Below are positions 10,301 through 20,161 of a stretch of 64,000 nt of DNA, one piece after another. The translations under genes were made by a program, and so were the position numbers. Source of the DNA: an uncultured delta proteobacterium (GTDB lineage Bacteria; Desulfobacterota; Zymogenia; Zymogenales; Zymogenaceae); contig CAWBYW010000016.1 of the NCBI GenBank assembly GCA_963792965.1, positions 115,925-179,924 of the forward strand, given 5' to 3'. Each line of letters starts with the position of its first letter. Position 1 is the stretch's first letter. The notes below the pieces were generated by a model that searched no databases, had not been told where the DNA came from, and saw only the letters and a program-made list of their open reading frames with translations.

Positions 10301-10836
10301 GACGCCAGGAGTTTTCCTATCTTGATATATGCCTCGGTATAGTCAGGCTTGATGTCGACGGCCCGATTGTAGGCCTCAAGCGCCCCGTCGCGGTCGCCCG
10401 CGCCCGCCAGCGCATCGCCAAGGTAGTTGTAGGCAATGAACGAATCGCCGACGATATCGACGGCCTTTTTCAGCGGGTCCGTGGCCTCATCAAACCGTTT
10501 GTCCTCGAGGTAGGTCTTGCCGAGGTTGAAAAAAGCCTCGAAGAACTTCGGGTCAATGGTGACGGCCTCCCGGAAGGCCCGGGTAGCATTCTCGTGATCT
10601 CCCATCGCGAGGTAGACGAGTCCGATCTTATTCTCCGGGCGGGGATCACCGGGGGTGAGGCGGTAGGCGGTTTCAAATTCCTTGAGGGCTTCCTGATACT
10701 CGGCGTTGTTCAGGTAAAAATCGCCCTGGCTCATGGCCGAGAGGAACTCGGTATCGTCGGTCTGGCCCACGAGAGGAGGGACTAGGGAAAGAAGAAGCAT
10801 CACACACAAGGCGCACATCCAAACGGTTCGTTTCAT
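7314..10836 (-). CDS. Giant secreted tetratricopeptide-repeat (TPR) protein, about 1180 aa, split into three ORFs by two apparent frameshifts
   Basis: ORFs 9652..10881, 8999..9700 and 7314..9053 each carry continuous 34-aa TPR repeats. They overlap end to start, and each has a nonsense tail. Frameshifts lie at about 9725 and about 9245. N-terminal signal peptide MKRTVWMCALCVMLLLSLVPPLVG. Confidence 0.7.
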
Positions 10837-13679
10837 CTCTGTTCGCTCACAAAATCGCTTAAGAAAATAACGGTAGTCCATCCTATCGGGGAGCCCGACC
10901 CCATACCCTGTGCAAGATCGCGGACGGTCTGGGCATAGCCGTCAAGAAGAGGGGCCTTCCTGGACGCGGTAATCATTCGAGACAGAAAAGGGGATACCTC
11001 GTCCGGGCGCGCCCCCCGGGGGATCAGCAGATAGGGTGCATCCTTCATGAAGGCCAGGTATTCTATCTGGAAAAACTCCCCGGGAGCGGAGTCTTCGTCG
11101 ATGTCCGATACAACGACGAGGGGTGCCTCCTGCTCCCACCACGCCCGGTCGCCCGGATGCGCGAGGAGGAGCACGGTTGGGGCTCCCACGCCCGTCTCTT
11201 TCGTGTCTGGGTCCGGGAGTCGCCTCACGTCCGTAAAGAGGTCTAATAATCCCTTGTCGACAGGGCCGGCGTCTCCGACGACGGTCACGCTATCCGGCAT
11301 CGTCGGGAGGGCCTGAGGGATCATCGACCGGGGAGAAAGACAGGACGTAAGGAATACGGCGTATTCGGCCGCAAGCGGCACGAACGTCCCGTCCCCGGGA
11401 CTATGCCCGAGGGCGTTGAGCGGAAGTGATGAAAGACGAGGCCCGGGAGATATCCCGAGCGTGGTGACGCCGTCGAGCTCCCCGATCAGAGGGGCAATCA
11501 GTATTGAGTAGAGGTGGTCCGATGCCGCGGCAAATGGGGGAAGCGCGGCCGCCGTCGACCCCTCGGGGGCGGGAGCGGCGACGGGGGGTGTGGAGATTTC
11601 CTTCTTTAGGTCCCGCACAAGCCCCGCGGCTTCCTCCTGTGTTGTCCCGAGTTTTACGACGGATGTCCCCCGTGATGTGACCACGAATGCAAATGCGGCC
11701 TCCCCGTCAAAGTAGTAGTGGACGAAGGCCGCGCCGTTCGGCACGATCCGCGCAAGGTCGCCCGCGTCGGGCGGCCCGATGCCCATGAAGGCGGCAAGCC
11801 GAGGGGACCGCCGCGCGATCGAGGACACGGCGTCGGAAAGCGCCGCGTTTGCCTCATCGCGGCGTCGGATGATGTCCGTGCGCGAGGATTCGGCAAGCTT
11901 GGTGAAGTCACCCGACAAAAAGACCCCTTGGGCCGCGATCGCGCGCATCGCCGCGTCCCGAAAAAGGCCCACGAGCTCCGCGTCTGTTTTCTTCAGGACG
12001 GGTGGAGACTGAAAGATCCCTCGCGCCACCCACGATCCCTCGGACGAAATGAGGGCCTCAAGCCCCTCCCTCTCTTCCCCGAGCTCCGCACAGAGGCCCA
12101 GGAGCTTATTAAGGGCTCCCGCACGCTCCTCTGTTCCGAAGGAAAGGAGCGCTGCTTCCGGCACATCCGTCCTGATGTCCTCCGAGGTTCGGACGCAAGA
12201 GGCCAGCGCGTCGAAGGCCTTCTCTTTTTGACCGAGGGCGATCCTCACTTCGGCCTCGGCTAAAAGCGCCGCGGCGCGCGTGAGCGGGACATCCTCGGAA
12301 AACGCGAGCGTATGGGCCGAAAGGGCGGCCGCCTCGGCCCCCTTGAGATCGCCCATGGCGATGAGAACCCGCGCCGTCTCGCAGTAGACCGCCGTCTCGC
12401 CGAGGGTCCAGCCGAGATCCTTTGCCACCATAAGGGCGTCCTTCAGGAACAGCGAGGCCGCCTTTGAATCGCCGGCCTTGCGGTAGGCCGTCGAGAGCCC
12501 TATGAGGGCGGTTTCTCTGACCACTTCGTCCTCGATTCTTTCCCCGAGGGTCTCGGCGACCTTGTAGGCCGCTATGGCACCGGGGAAGTCCCCCTCGCCG
12601 GCGAGGATCCGGCCGAGCGTCAGATAAGCACGGCCCAGCCGCCCGGCATCGGCCAGTCTCTCAAAGATCGTGATCGCCTCTCTGATCTTCGCCTCTCCCT
12701 GTTTGTTCTCTTGCTGGGCGGCGTCAATCTCGGCGCCCAGCATGAGGACATCGCCGACGTCAGGCGCCGGCCCCGATGCCCCCACCTCTTTGAGAGTCTC
12801 ATCGGCCTGGCGCTTTGCGGCCTCTCGATCACCCGTGAGGAAGAGAAGCCGCGCCTGCGCAAGCCCGGCTTCGGCGACGTACTCGGGCCTGCCGAGGGTG
12901 CGTGATAGCTCTTGGGCCGCGGCCAGGTCGTCCCGCGCGCCTGCCGCGTCGCCAAGGGATATCCGTGCCCTCGCCAGCCCCATCAGGCACTGATAGATCC
13001 CTTCATCGTTTTCCGCCGTCCGAAAGATATTCTCCGCGGAGAGGTACGACTCGATGCCCCGAACGCGATCCAGGAGGATGTCGGAGGCGACCTCCGCCTG
13101 GATGAAGATCGCCTGGGCCTTGGAGACGAGGATCTCCTTTTCCGGGGCGGAGAGCTTGGCCGGCGTGAGGGGTTTTGTCTTGAGGTCGGCGATATTATTG
13201 AGGTAGGCCGAAAGGGTGGCGGCATCTATCGTGACCCTGGCCGTCACCAATACCATATCGGAGGTAGGGAACGGGGTGGAAGAGACGACCTCGGTTTTCT
13301 TGATATATTTCTTGTAGTCGGGGATGACCAGGGCGTCCAGCGCGTCCTGGAGGCGGAAGAATTCATCTTCGCCGAGGGTCTGGAAGATAGACGTGACAAG
13401 CGCCCTTTTTTCGGCGTCATCGACGGCGGTCGGAAGCGGCGGCTCCGCATCCGAAGGTGTCTTCTGAGCGGGCGCGCCCAGGCCGAGGGAAAAAATGGTG
13501 ACCCCGTCTTCGCCTCCGTTGCCGGCGCCGAAGAGCGGATGCGCGCCGAATGAGACGAATAGAAGGATAAGGAGCACGACTATGCGGTACGTAGTATGGA
13601 TAATAGCCCGAGAAAAAAAGGTCATCGGATAGATCCTCGCCCCGGCCCGATACGGCCTCAGTTCATCGTCGAACATCAC
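10833..13679 (-). CDS. Large TPR-like repeat protein with C-terminal CHAT-like (caspase/HetF-type) domain
   Basis: 948-aa ORF with an N-terminal hydrophobic segment and a long alpha-helical repeat region with many LxxA motifs. The C-terminal about 300 aa carry a candidate His (FVHYYFDGEA) and a candidate Cys (VFLTSCLSP) reminiscent of CHAT peptidase domains. The assignment is tentative. Confidence 0.45.
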   Translation of the reverse strand: MMFDDELRPYRAGARIYPMTFFSRAIIHTTYRIVVLLILLFVSFGAHPLFGAGNGGEDGVTIFSLGLGAPAQKTPSDAEPPLPTAVDDAEKRALVTSIFQTLGEDEFFRLQDALDALVIPDYKKYIKKTEVVSSTPFPTSDMVLVTARVTIDAATLSAYLNNIADLKTKPLTPAKLSAPEKEILVSKAQAIFIQAEVASDILLDRVRGIESYLSAENIFRTAENDEGIYQCLMGLARARISLGDAAGARDDLAAAQELSRTLGRPEYVAEAGLAQARLLFLTGDREAAKRQADETLKEVGASGPAPDVGDVLMLGAEIDAAQQENKQGEAKIREAITIFERLADAGRLGRAYLTLGRILAGEGDFPGAIAAYKVAETLGERIEDEVVRETALIGLSTAYRKAGDSKAASLFLKDALMVAKDLGWTLGETAVYCETARVLIAMGDLKGAEAAALSAHTLAFSEDVPLTRAAALLAEAEVRIALGQKEKAFDALASCVRTSEDIRTDVPEAALLSFGTEERAGALNKLLGLCAELGEEREGLEALISSEGSWVARGIFQSPPVLKKTDAELVGLFRDAAMRAIAAQGVFLSGDFTKLAESSRTDIIRRRDEANAALSDAVSSIARRSPRLAAFMGIGPPDAGDLARIVPNGAAFVHYYFDGEAAFAFVVTSRGTSVVKLGTTQEEAAGLVRDLKKEISTPPVAAPAPEGSTAAALPPFAAASDHLYSILIAPLIGELDGVTTLGISPGPRLSSLPLNALGHSPGDGTFVPLAAEYAVFLTSCLSPRSMIPQALPTMPDSVTVVGDAGPVDKGLLDLFTDVRRLPDPDTKETGVGAPTVLLLAHPGDRAWWEQEAPLVVVSDIDEDSAPGEFFQIEYLAFMKDAPYLLIPRGARPDEVSPFLSRMITASRKAPLLDGYAQTVRDLAQGMGSGSPIGWTTVIFLSDFVSEQR

Positions 13680-13705
13680 CGATAGATGATCTCGTGTTCC
13701 CCGTG

Positions 13706-14275
13706 CTATAACCCGAGCTCCCCCGCAATCGTCCCCATCGCCTCGATGCTGAGGGTGACGAACTCCTCAAGCGGTATCCCGATCTCCTCACAGAGCCTGA
13801 TCCCCTCGCGGCTGACGGACCTGGCGAAACCCTTCTCTTTCATCCGCTTGACGACGGAGGAGGGTTTCACCTGGGCGATCTTCTTGTCCGGCTGCACGAG
13901 GGCCGTGGCCACAATCAGCCCGGTGATATTTTCCGCGGCGGTGAGGGCGAAATGGAACGTGTCGGTGCGGGAAATCCCAAGGGCCTCGGCGTTGTGGCTC
14001 TTGATCGCCTCGATGATCTCGGGGCTTACCCCCTTTTCGACGAGGATCTTTTCAGTCTCGAGTCCGTGGCGCTCGGGGGTATCCTTGGTCGTCGCGTAGT
14101 CAAGGTCGTGAAGCAGGCCCGCGACTCCCCATACCTCGGGGTCTTTTCCGAACCGCGCCGCAAGCCGCCTCATGATCGCCTCGGTGGCCAGGCTGTGCTT
14201 GATCAGGGCCTGATCCGTGACTTTTTCTTTCACGAGCGCCCACGCCTCGTCTCTTGTTACCGTGCGGCCGCTCAT
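13706..14275 (-). CDS. HD/HDIG domain phosphohydrolase
   Basis: HD motif (LLHDLDYATT) and a second H..D cluster. 189-aa ORF typical of standalone HDIG proteins. Confidence 0.7.
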   Translation of the reverse strand: MSGRTVTRDEAWALVKEKVTDQALIKHSLATEAIMRRLAARFGKDPEVWGVAGLLHDLDYATTKDTPERHGLETEKILVEKGVSPEIIEAIKSHNAEALGISRTDTFHFALTAAENITGLIVATALVQPDKKIAQVKPSSVVKRMKEKGFARSVSREGIRLCEEIGIPLEEFVTLSIEAMGTIAGELGL

Positions 14276-14733
14276 CGATATCGATTCTCCTTTTCCGTTC
14301 TTTTTTGTTTGTCTTCCAGCATCTTTGCCGTACAGTAGGTGTCGGCCAGCTCACAGGCCTTCGTAATGTCGGCATCGGCCTTATCGGCAAGCCCCATCAT
14401 GTTGTAGCAGCCGCCCCGCTGGTAGAGGGCCTCGGCGTCGTTCGGGTAAAAGCCCAATACCATGGAGAAATCATCCGAGGCCTCTTTCCATTTGAAAAGC
14501 TTTTTATAAGAGAGCCCCCGGTTGAAATAGACGGTCGACAGATCGATCCCCTCTGTCGTTGTGCCGGAAGATGCCGCCTCGATTACGCTCGTCCACAGCT
14601 CGATCGCAGTCCCATAGTCGCCCCTTCTGAAGTGCCGCTGGGCATCGTCATTGACATCTTTAACGCTGGCGGCCGCGGCTATCGAGGCCGCCAGCGAGAG
14701 GATCAGAAGAGAAACACATACGCGCTTTTTCAT
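14272..14733 (-). CDS. Secreted TPR-like protein
   Basis: Signal peptide MKKRVCVSLLILSLAASIAAAAS followed by two or three TPR-like helices. There is a 4-nt overlap with the HD gene. Confidence 0.45.
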   Translation of the reverse strand: MKKRVCVSLLILSLAASIAAAASVKDVNDDAQRHFRRGDYGTAIELWTSVIEAASSGTTTEGIDLSTVYFNRGLSYKKLFKWKEASDDFSMVLGFYPNDAEALYQRGGCYNMMGLADKADADITKACELADTYCTAKMLEDKQKRTEKENRYR

Positions 14734-15026
14734 GCTCTGCACCCGCATCGGTAAGATCGGCCTTCTCCCCGGCAATATCTGGTAGTTATCCACAATAATA
14801 TACACAACATGTGGATAGAATAGCGAAAAACAGGGGAAAATTGTTACTTATCATGATGATACGCTGAAATTGTTTTATGATACTGTATTGTGAGAGTATA
14901 GTCAAGCTTTTCCCTTGACGATGACTCCTGCTTATGATATTTAATTATATTTATACACACGGCACTGTTCGGTCTGACACACGGCGTGCGGTATCTTTTC
15001 GGGCCGACGGCTCGATGGGGTCAACG

Positions 15027-15458
15027 ATGAAACAGCTCCTGCTGGTGGATGACCGCAACAAATATTCGAAGATCATCACGAGCTTCTTCACGAAGCGCGG
15101 CTACCTGGTCGACCGCGCCGTCTCCGCCAGAGAGGGGATCAGACTCCTGGGCGAAAGAGGGCTGGATTACTATTGTGTCGTGGTCACGGACATCACCATG
15201 GAGCATCAGCTGGCCGGCCTGACGGTGATCCTGTATCTACACCGAAAGAGGTTTTCGGGGACGGTTGTCATGGCGAGCACCGGCTTCGACGTATTTTTCG
15301 GGATGTTCTTCTCCAAGCTCTTCATGGGAATTTTCGGCGTGCACTATCTCGTTCCCAAGACCACGGTGTTGAAGCACGATTTTGATTTTTACCCGGCCCG
15401 GCTCGGCTCGCAACCGCAAAAAGAGTTCACCGAGGTTACCGCCGCACTCGGGGCTTGA
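15027..15458 (+). CDS. Standalone receiver (REC)-like protein, degenerate
   Basis: LLLVDDRNKY...VVVTDITMEHQLAGLTVI resembles a response-regulator receiver fold. There is no output domain. Confidence 0.4.
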   Translation: MKQLLLVDDRNKYSKIITSFFTKRGYLVDRAVSAREGIRLLGERGLDYYCVVVTDITMEHQLAGLTVILYLHRKRFSGTVVMASTGFDVFFGMFFSKLFMGIFGVHYLVPKTTVLKHDFDFYPARLGSQPQKEFTEVTAALGA

Positions 15459-15575
15459 CCGTAGGATCGTAGCTGCGATTGAGCCCTCAGAATCATCACC
15501 ACAGCAAACCTCCTCGTAAGGGGCGGTGAGTGTCGACAAAATAAAGTACATAATCTATTAAGAAAGGAGCATCCT

Positions 15576-16589
15576 ATGAAACGGTTTGTACTTCTTACGT
15601 TAGTGGCGGCCCTGATCGTCCCCCTGGCCTTCGGGATCACCGGCTGCGCGAAGGAAAAGAAACATTACCTCATCGGCATCTCCCAGTTCGTCGAGCACCC
15701 GGCGCTTGATGCCGTTCGCAACGGATTCATCGACTACCTCAAGGAGAACGGCTACGTGGAAGGGGAGAACGTGACGTATGATATTAATCTGGCCCAGGCC
15801 GATTTCGGAACGGCGGCGCAGATCGCGGAGAAGCTTGTCGGGATGAAGCCGGATCTGGTTCTTACCATCGCCACTCCCTCCTCCCAGGCCATGGTCAAGG
15901 CGACCGCGGAAATCCCCATCGTCTTTTCCGCCGTGACCGACCCGGTCGGAGCGGGGTTGGTGAGCTCGCTTTCCGGCGGCGGGAAGAACGTGACCGGGAC
16001 CTCGGACCTCTCCCCCGTAGACAAGCAGCTTGAGCTCATCAAGAAGATCGTACCGAACATCAAGAAGCTCGGCTTTATCTACAACGCCGGCGAGTCCAAC
16101 TCCCTGACTTCTCTCAAGCAGGCCAAGGAAGCGGCCGCCAAGCTCAACATTGAGATCGTCGAGGCCACCGTCACCAACTCAAGCGAGGTCTTGATGGCGG
16201 CTCAATCCCTGGTGGGCAAGGTGGACGCCATTCACGTCCCCACGGACAACACCGTCGTTTCCGCCTTTGAGGCGATCACCAAGGTCTGCATCGACAATAA
16301 GATCCCCCTCTTCGCGGCGGACGTCGATTCGGTCCCGCGGGGCGCCGTCGCGGCCCTCGCGATTGACTACTATCGCCTCGGCCAGCAGACAGGCAGGATG
16401 GCCATCGAAATCCTCAAGGGAAAGAAACCGGGCGACATGCCGGTCGAAACCCTCGAAGATCTGCTGCTTTATGTCAACCTCGATTCCGCCAAGAAGATGG
16501 GCGTGACGATCCCGGCCGACGTGCTTGATAAGGCCGACAAGAAGATCGAAGAAATCTCGGCGCCGACGCCCGCGGAAGAAAAGAAGTAG
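15576..16589 (+). CDS. ABC transporter substrate-binding lipoprotein (ABC_sub_bind / PF04392-like)
   Basis: Lipobox LAFGITGC. The sequence pattern (IGISQFVEHPALD...GFIYNAGESNS...FAADVDSV) is typical of the uncharacterised ABC_sub_bind family. It is followed by a cognate permease and ATPase. Confidence 0.75.
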   Translation: MKRFVLLTLVAALIVPLAFGITGCAKEKKHYLIGISQFVEHPALDAVRNGFIDYLKENGYVEGENVTYDINLAQADFGTAAQIAEKLVGMKPDLVLTIATPSSQAMVKATAEIPIVFSAVTDPVGAGLVSSLSGGGKNVTGTSDLSPVDKQLELIKKIVPNIKKLGFIYNAGESNSLTSLKQAKEAAAKLNIEIVEATVTNSSEVLMAAQSLVGKVDAIHVPTDNTVVSAFEAITKVCIDNKIPLFAADVDSVPRGAVAALAIDYYRLGQQTGRMAIEILKGKKPGDMPVETLEDLLLYVNLDSAKKMGVTIPADVLDKADKKIEEISAPTPAEEKK

Positions 16590-16689
16590 GCGCACGTGCG
16601 CAGACGGATACCGCCGGAAGTCGCCGTCGGCGCTCCGACCGGTCGATACCGGTGCCGAGTCGGGAGTTTTCGAACATCGAAGGTAAAAC

Positions 16690-16731
16690 GAGACGGGGTG
16701 GGATATCGATTCTCACCCCGTCTCTTTTTTT
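16690..16731 (+). terminator. Rho-independent terminator/attenuator after the substrate-binding protein gene
   Basis: gagacggggtg...caccccgtctc hairpin followed by a T7 run. Confidence 0.7.
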
Positions 16732-16843
16732 GTCACGACGGCGGCGCCGGGCTTTTCCCTTGACCATATAAAGTTATTGTGATATTTAACTACTTTTAAT
16801 AATTGATTTTCGAGCCCGGCCTTTCAAGTACCGTGACCTGGAG

Positions 16844-17788
16844 GTGGCGCACGTGTCGTTGTATGCCCTCATGGGTGCGATCTCACAGGGCCTCGTCTAT
16901 TCCCTGATGGCGCTCGGGGTTTACCTTACGTTTCGGGTCTTGGATTTCCCCGACCTCACGGTGGACGGCAGCTTCCCGCTCGGGGCTTCGGTGAGCGCCG
17001 TGTTGATCACACACGGGGTAAACCCGTTCCTGACGCTCCCCGCGGCCATAGCCGCCGGGATGCTGGCCGGCCTCGCCACGGGCTTTCTCTCCACGAAGCT
17101 GCACATCCTTAATCTCCTGGCCTCGATCCTAACGATGATCGCACTCTATTCCATCAACTTGAGGATCATGGGCAAGCCAAACATCTCCCTCCTCAACAGG
17201 AAGACCGTCTTTGACTACTTTTCGGCCCTCAGGGATTTCATGGTGGGTCTCGGCATCCCCGAGTCGGTGATGGTCCCCCTTCTCTTCCTTGCGATCATCA
17301 TCCTCGTCAAGATCGCCCTTGATTTCTTCCTCCACACGGAGCTCGGATTGGCGCTGCGCGCCACCGGCGACAACCCCCATATGATCCGGGCGCAGGGCGT
17401 CAATACGAACTTCACCATCATGCTGGGCGTTGCGATCTCAAACGGCCTTGTCGCGTTGTCCGGGGCGCTCTTTTCCCAGAACCAGGGGAGCGCGGACGTC
17501 AACATGGGGGTAGGGACGATCGTGGCGGGGCTCGCTTCGGTGATCGTCGGGGAGGCCGTCATAGGAGAGATGACCGTATTTCGGGCGACGATCGGCGTTA
17601 TCATCGGGTCGGTCATCTACCGACTCGCCATCGCCGTGGCCCTGCAGATCAAGATCGGAAGCCTCCAGATCACCCCGAGCGACCTGAAGCTCATCACGGC
17701 GATTCTCGTGATCATCGCACTGACCCTTCCCACGTTCAGGAATAAGATCAAGATCGGCATCTTCCGAAGGGGAGGGACCCAACAATGA
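16844..17788 (+). CDS. ABC transporter permease (BPD_transp_2-like)
   Basis: 314-aa polytopic membrane protein. It overlaps the downstream ATPase start by 4 nt. Confidence 0.75.
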   Translation: MAHVSLYALMGAISQGLVYSLMALGVYLTFRVLDFPDLTVDGSFPLGASVSAVLITHGVNPFLTLPAAIAAGMLAGLATGFLSTKLHILNLLASILTMIALYSINLRIMGKPNISLLNRKTVFDYFSALRDFMVGLGIPESVMVPLLFLAIIILVKIALDFFLHTELGLALRATGDNPHMIRAQGVNTNFTIMLGVAISNGLVALSGALFSQNQGSADVNMGVGTIVAGLASVIVGEAVIGEMTVFRATIGVIIGSVIYRLAIAVALQIKIGSLQITPSDLKLITAILVIIALTLPTFRNKIKIGIFRRGGTQQ

Positions 17789-18591
17789 TCAGGGTACGCG
17801 ATCTCACCAAGATCTTCAATCCGGGCAGCGTCAATGAGAACCTTGCCCTGGACGACGTAACCCTCGATATCAAGAAGGGCGACTTCATCACCGTCATCGG
17901 CTCCAACGGCGCCGGGAAATCGACGCTGCTCAACCTCATCGCGGGCGTCTATCCTCCGGAGCGGGGCCGAATCGTCATCGACGGCGTTGACGTCACTTCC
18001 TTGAGGGAGTACGAGCGGGCCAAGTTTATCGGCCGCGTATTCCAGGATCCGATGATGGGGACTTCCGCCGCAATGACCATCGAGGAGAACTTCTCCATCG
18101 CCCTGGCGCGTGGCAGGAGGCGGACCCTTCGGTTCGGCGTGAATCACCGGACGAGAGACCTCTTCAAGAGCCGCCTGGCCCTGTTGGGGCTGGGGCTTGA
18201 GAACCGCCTCAAGGATAAGGTGGGCCTCCTTTCCGGAGGGCAGCGCCAGTCGCTCACCCTCCTCATGGCGACCCTCAACTCCCCGAAGGTGCTCCTCCTT
18301 GACGAGCATACGGCGGCGCTTGACCCCAAGACGGCGAAGCTCGTCATGGACATCACCACAAAGATCATCGAAAAGTACGAGCTGACAACCATCATGATCA
18401 CCCACAACATGCAGCAGGCCCTGGCCAACGGAAACCGGCTCATCATGATGCACCTGGGCAAGATTATCCTCGACGTACGGGGCCCGGAGAGGGACAACCT
18501 GACGGTGGAGGACCTCCTGGAGCAGTTCGGCAAGCTCAGGGGGAGCCTGACGGACAAGACCCTCCTTTCGATCAAGTCCGAGGCGCCGTAA
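17785..18591 (+). CDS. ABC transporter ATP-binding protein
   Basis: Walker A (GSNGAGKST), ABC signature (LSGGQRQ), Walker B (LLLDEHT) and an H-loop. Confidence 0.85.
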   Translation: MIRVRDLTKIFNPGSVNENLALDDVTLDIKKGDFITVIGSNGAGKSTLLNLIAGVYPPERGRIVIDGVDVTSLREYERAKFIGRVFQDPMMGTSAAMTIEENFSIALARGRRRTLRFGVNHRTRDLFKSRLALLGLGLENRLKDKVGLLSGGQRQSLTLLMATLNSPKVLLLDEHTAALDPKTAKLVMDITTKIIEKYELTTIMITHNMQQALANGNRLIMMHLGKIILDVRGPERDNLTVEDLLEQFGKLRGSLTDKTLLSIKSEAP

Positions 18592-18596
18592 AGACA

Positions 18597-18625
18597 CCCC
18601 AAAAATGCTTCGCATTTTTCGGGGC
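18597..18625 (+). terminator. Terminator hairpin after the ABC ATPase
   Basis: ccccaaaaatgc ttc gcatttttcgggg palindrome. Confidence 0.5.
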
Positions 18626-18746
18626 CCCGTCAGAGAGGGGATAAAAGTGACAACGGTCTAAGAATAATGTGCCCAGTCATTAAACTCTCAGTACCTAGTT
18701 GGACGATCGTAGTATTAGAAAGATAGACCTTTCTTATTCCAGGTGT

Positions 18747-20117
18747 ATGTCAAAAAAAACCAAGACCCATTTCATTTGCCAGTCATGTGGATTTACCGTG
18801 CCACGCTGGGTGGGCAGGTGCCCCCAGTGCAACGAGTGGAACACCATCGTCGAGGAGGCCGTGCCGGAGAAGACACTGGCGACGTCGAGGGCCGCCCCCC
18901 GAAGCAGTGCGGTCTTCCTCTCGGCGGTAGACAGGACCGAGGTCTCCCGCATGGTCATCGGGATCGGAGAGCTTGACCGCGTGCTCGGCGGCGGGCTCGT
19001 GCCCGGCTCCGTGGTGCTCGTGGGAGGAGACCCCGGCGTCGGCAAGACGACGCTCTTGATGGAGGCGCTCTCCCGTCTGGCATCACACGGGGTCAAGACC
19101 CTCTATGTCTCGGGAGAAGAATCGGGGGCGCAGCTTGCCGTCCGCGCGGAGCGCCTGGGCCTTGATCCCGCCAAGATGCTCGTCCTTTTCACAACCGCGC
19201 TTTCCGACATCATGGATGCCATGGAGCGGCTCTCCCCGCGGGTCGTGGTCGTCGACTCGATCCAGACCACGGCCGACGACGAGGTCGAGTCGGCTCCAGG
19301 GGGCATCGGGCAGATCCGTGAGGTCGCCCAGAAGCTGACGCAGGCGGCCAAGGAAAAAGGGACCGCGATTTTTCTCGTGGGACACATCACCAAAGAGGGC
19401 GCCATCGCCGGGCCCAAGGTGTTGGAGCATCTTGTCGATACCGTCCTCTATTTCGAGGGGGGGACCCATTACCCCTATCGAATCCTCAAGGCCCACAAGA
19501 ACCGTTTCGGTCCCACCCACGAGGTGGGGATTTTTGAGATGCGAGAGCGGGGGCTTGTGGAGGTGACAAACCCCTCGGAGCTCTTCCTCACCCGGCGCGA
19601 CGAGCCGGTCTCCGGCGGCAGCGTTACCGCGGCGATCGAGGGAACCAGGACCATCATGGTCGAGGTGCAGGCCCTGACCACCCCGAGCGCGCTGGCCGTG
19701 CCGCGCCGGACGTCTCTCGGCATCGACTATAACCGGACCAACATCATCGCCGCGGTGCTCGAGAAAAAGGGGGGCGTCAACCTGTCGGGGCACGATATCT
19801 TCGTCAACGTCGCCGGCGGCATCAGGCTTTCCGAGCCCTCCGTGGATGCGGCGCTGGCCGCAAGCCTCATATCGAGCTTTTCAGACATACCGGTCGCCTC
19901 CGACACCGTCTTGTTCGGGGAGATCGGGCTCTCGGGAGAGATCATGGGCGTCTCTCAGGGAGCGCAAAGGATCGCGGAGGCCAAACGGCTCGGCTTTTCG
20001 AGGGCCATCGTGCCGGCCAAGAACGCGGAGGAAAAGGGGATGCCCTCCCAGATCGAGGCCGTCGGCGTGAGAACGGTCCGGGAATTGATCGACATCCTCT
20101 TTAAGGGCAAGAAGTAA
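18747..20117 (+). CDS. radA: DNA repair protein RadA (Sms)
   Basis: N-terminal zinc ribbon (CQSCGF...CPQCNEW), RecA-like Walker A (GGDPGVGKTT), KNRFG motif and a Lon-like C-terminal domain. Confidence 0.9.
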   Translation: MSKKTKTHFICQSCGFTVPRWVGRCPQCNEWNTIVEEAVPEKTLATSRAAPRSSAVFLSAVDRTEVSRMVIGIGELDRVLGGGLVPGSVVLVGGDPGVGKTTLLMEALSRLASHGVKTLYVSGEESGAQLAVRAERLGLDPAKMLVLFTTALSDIMDAMERLSPRVVVVDSIQTTADDEVESAPGGIGQIREVAQKLTQAAKEKGTAIFLVGHITKEGAIAGPKVLEHLVDTVLYFEGGTHYPYRILKAHKNRFGPTHEVGIFEMRERGLVEVTNPSELFLTRRDEPVSGGSVTAAIEGTRTIMVEVQALTTPSALAVPRRTSLGIDYNRTNIIAAVLEKKGGVNLSGHDIFVNVAGGIRLSEPSVDAALAASLISSFSDIPVASDTVLFGEIGLSGEIMGVSQGAQRIAEAKRLGFSRAIVPAKNAEEKGMPSQIEAVGVRTVRELIDILFKGKK

Positions 20118-20161
20118 GGCGTCGTTGGGTAGGGCGATGCCCCGGCGGTTTCGGAGCCTCA

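Noticed and set aside
9658-10785. 375-aa plus-strand ORF antisense to the TPR gene
   Set aside because: Antisense shadow of a repeat-rich gene. The translation is low complexity.
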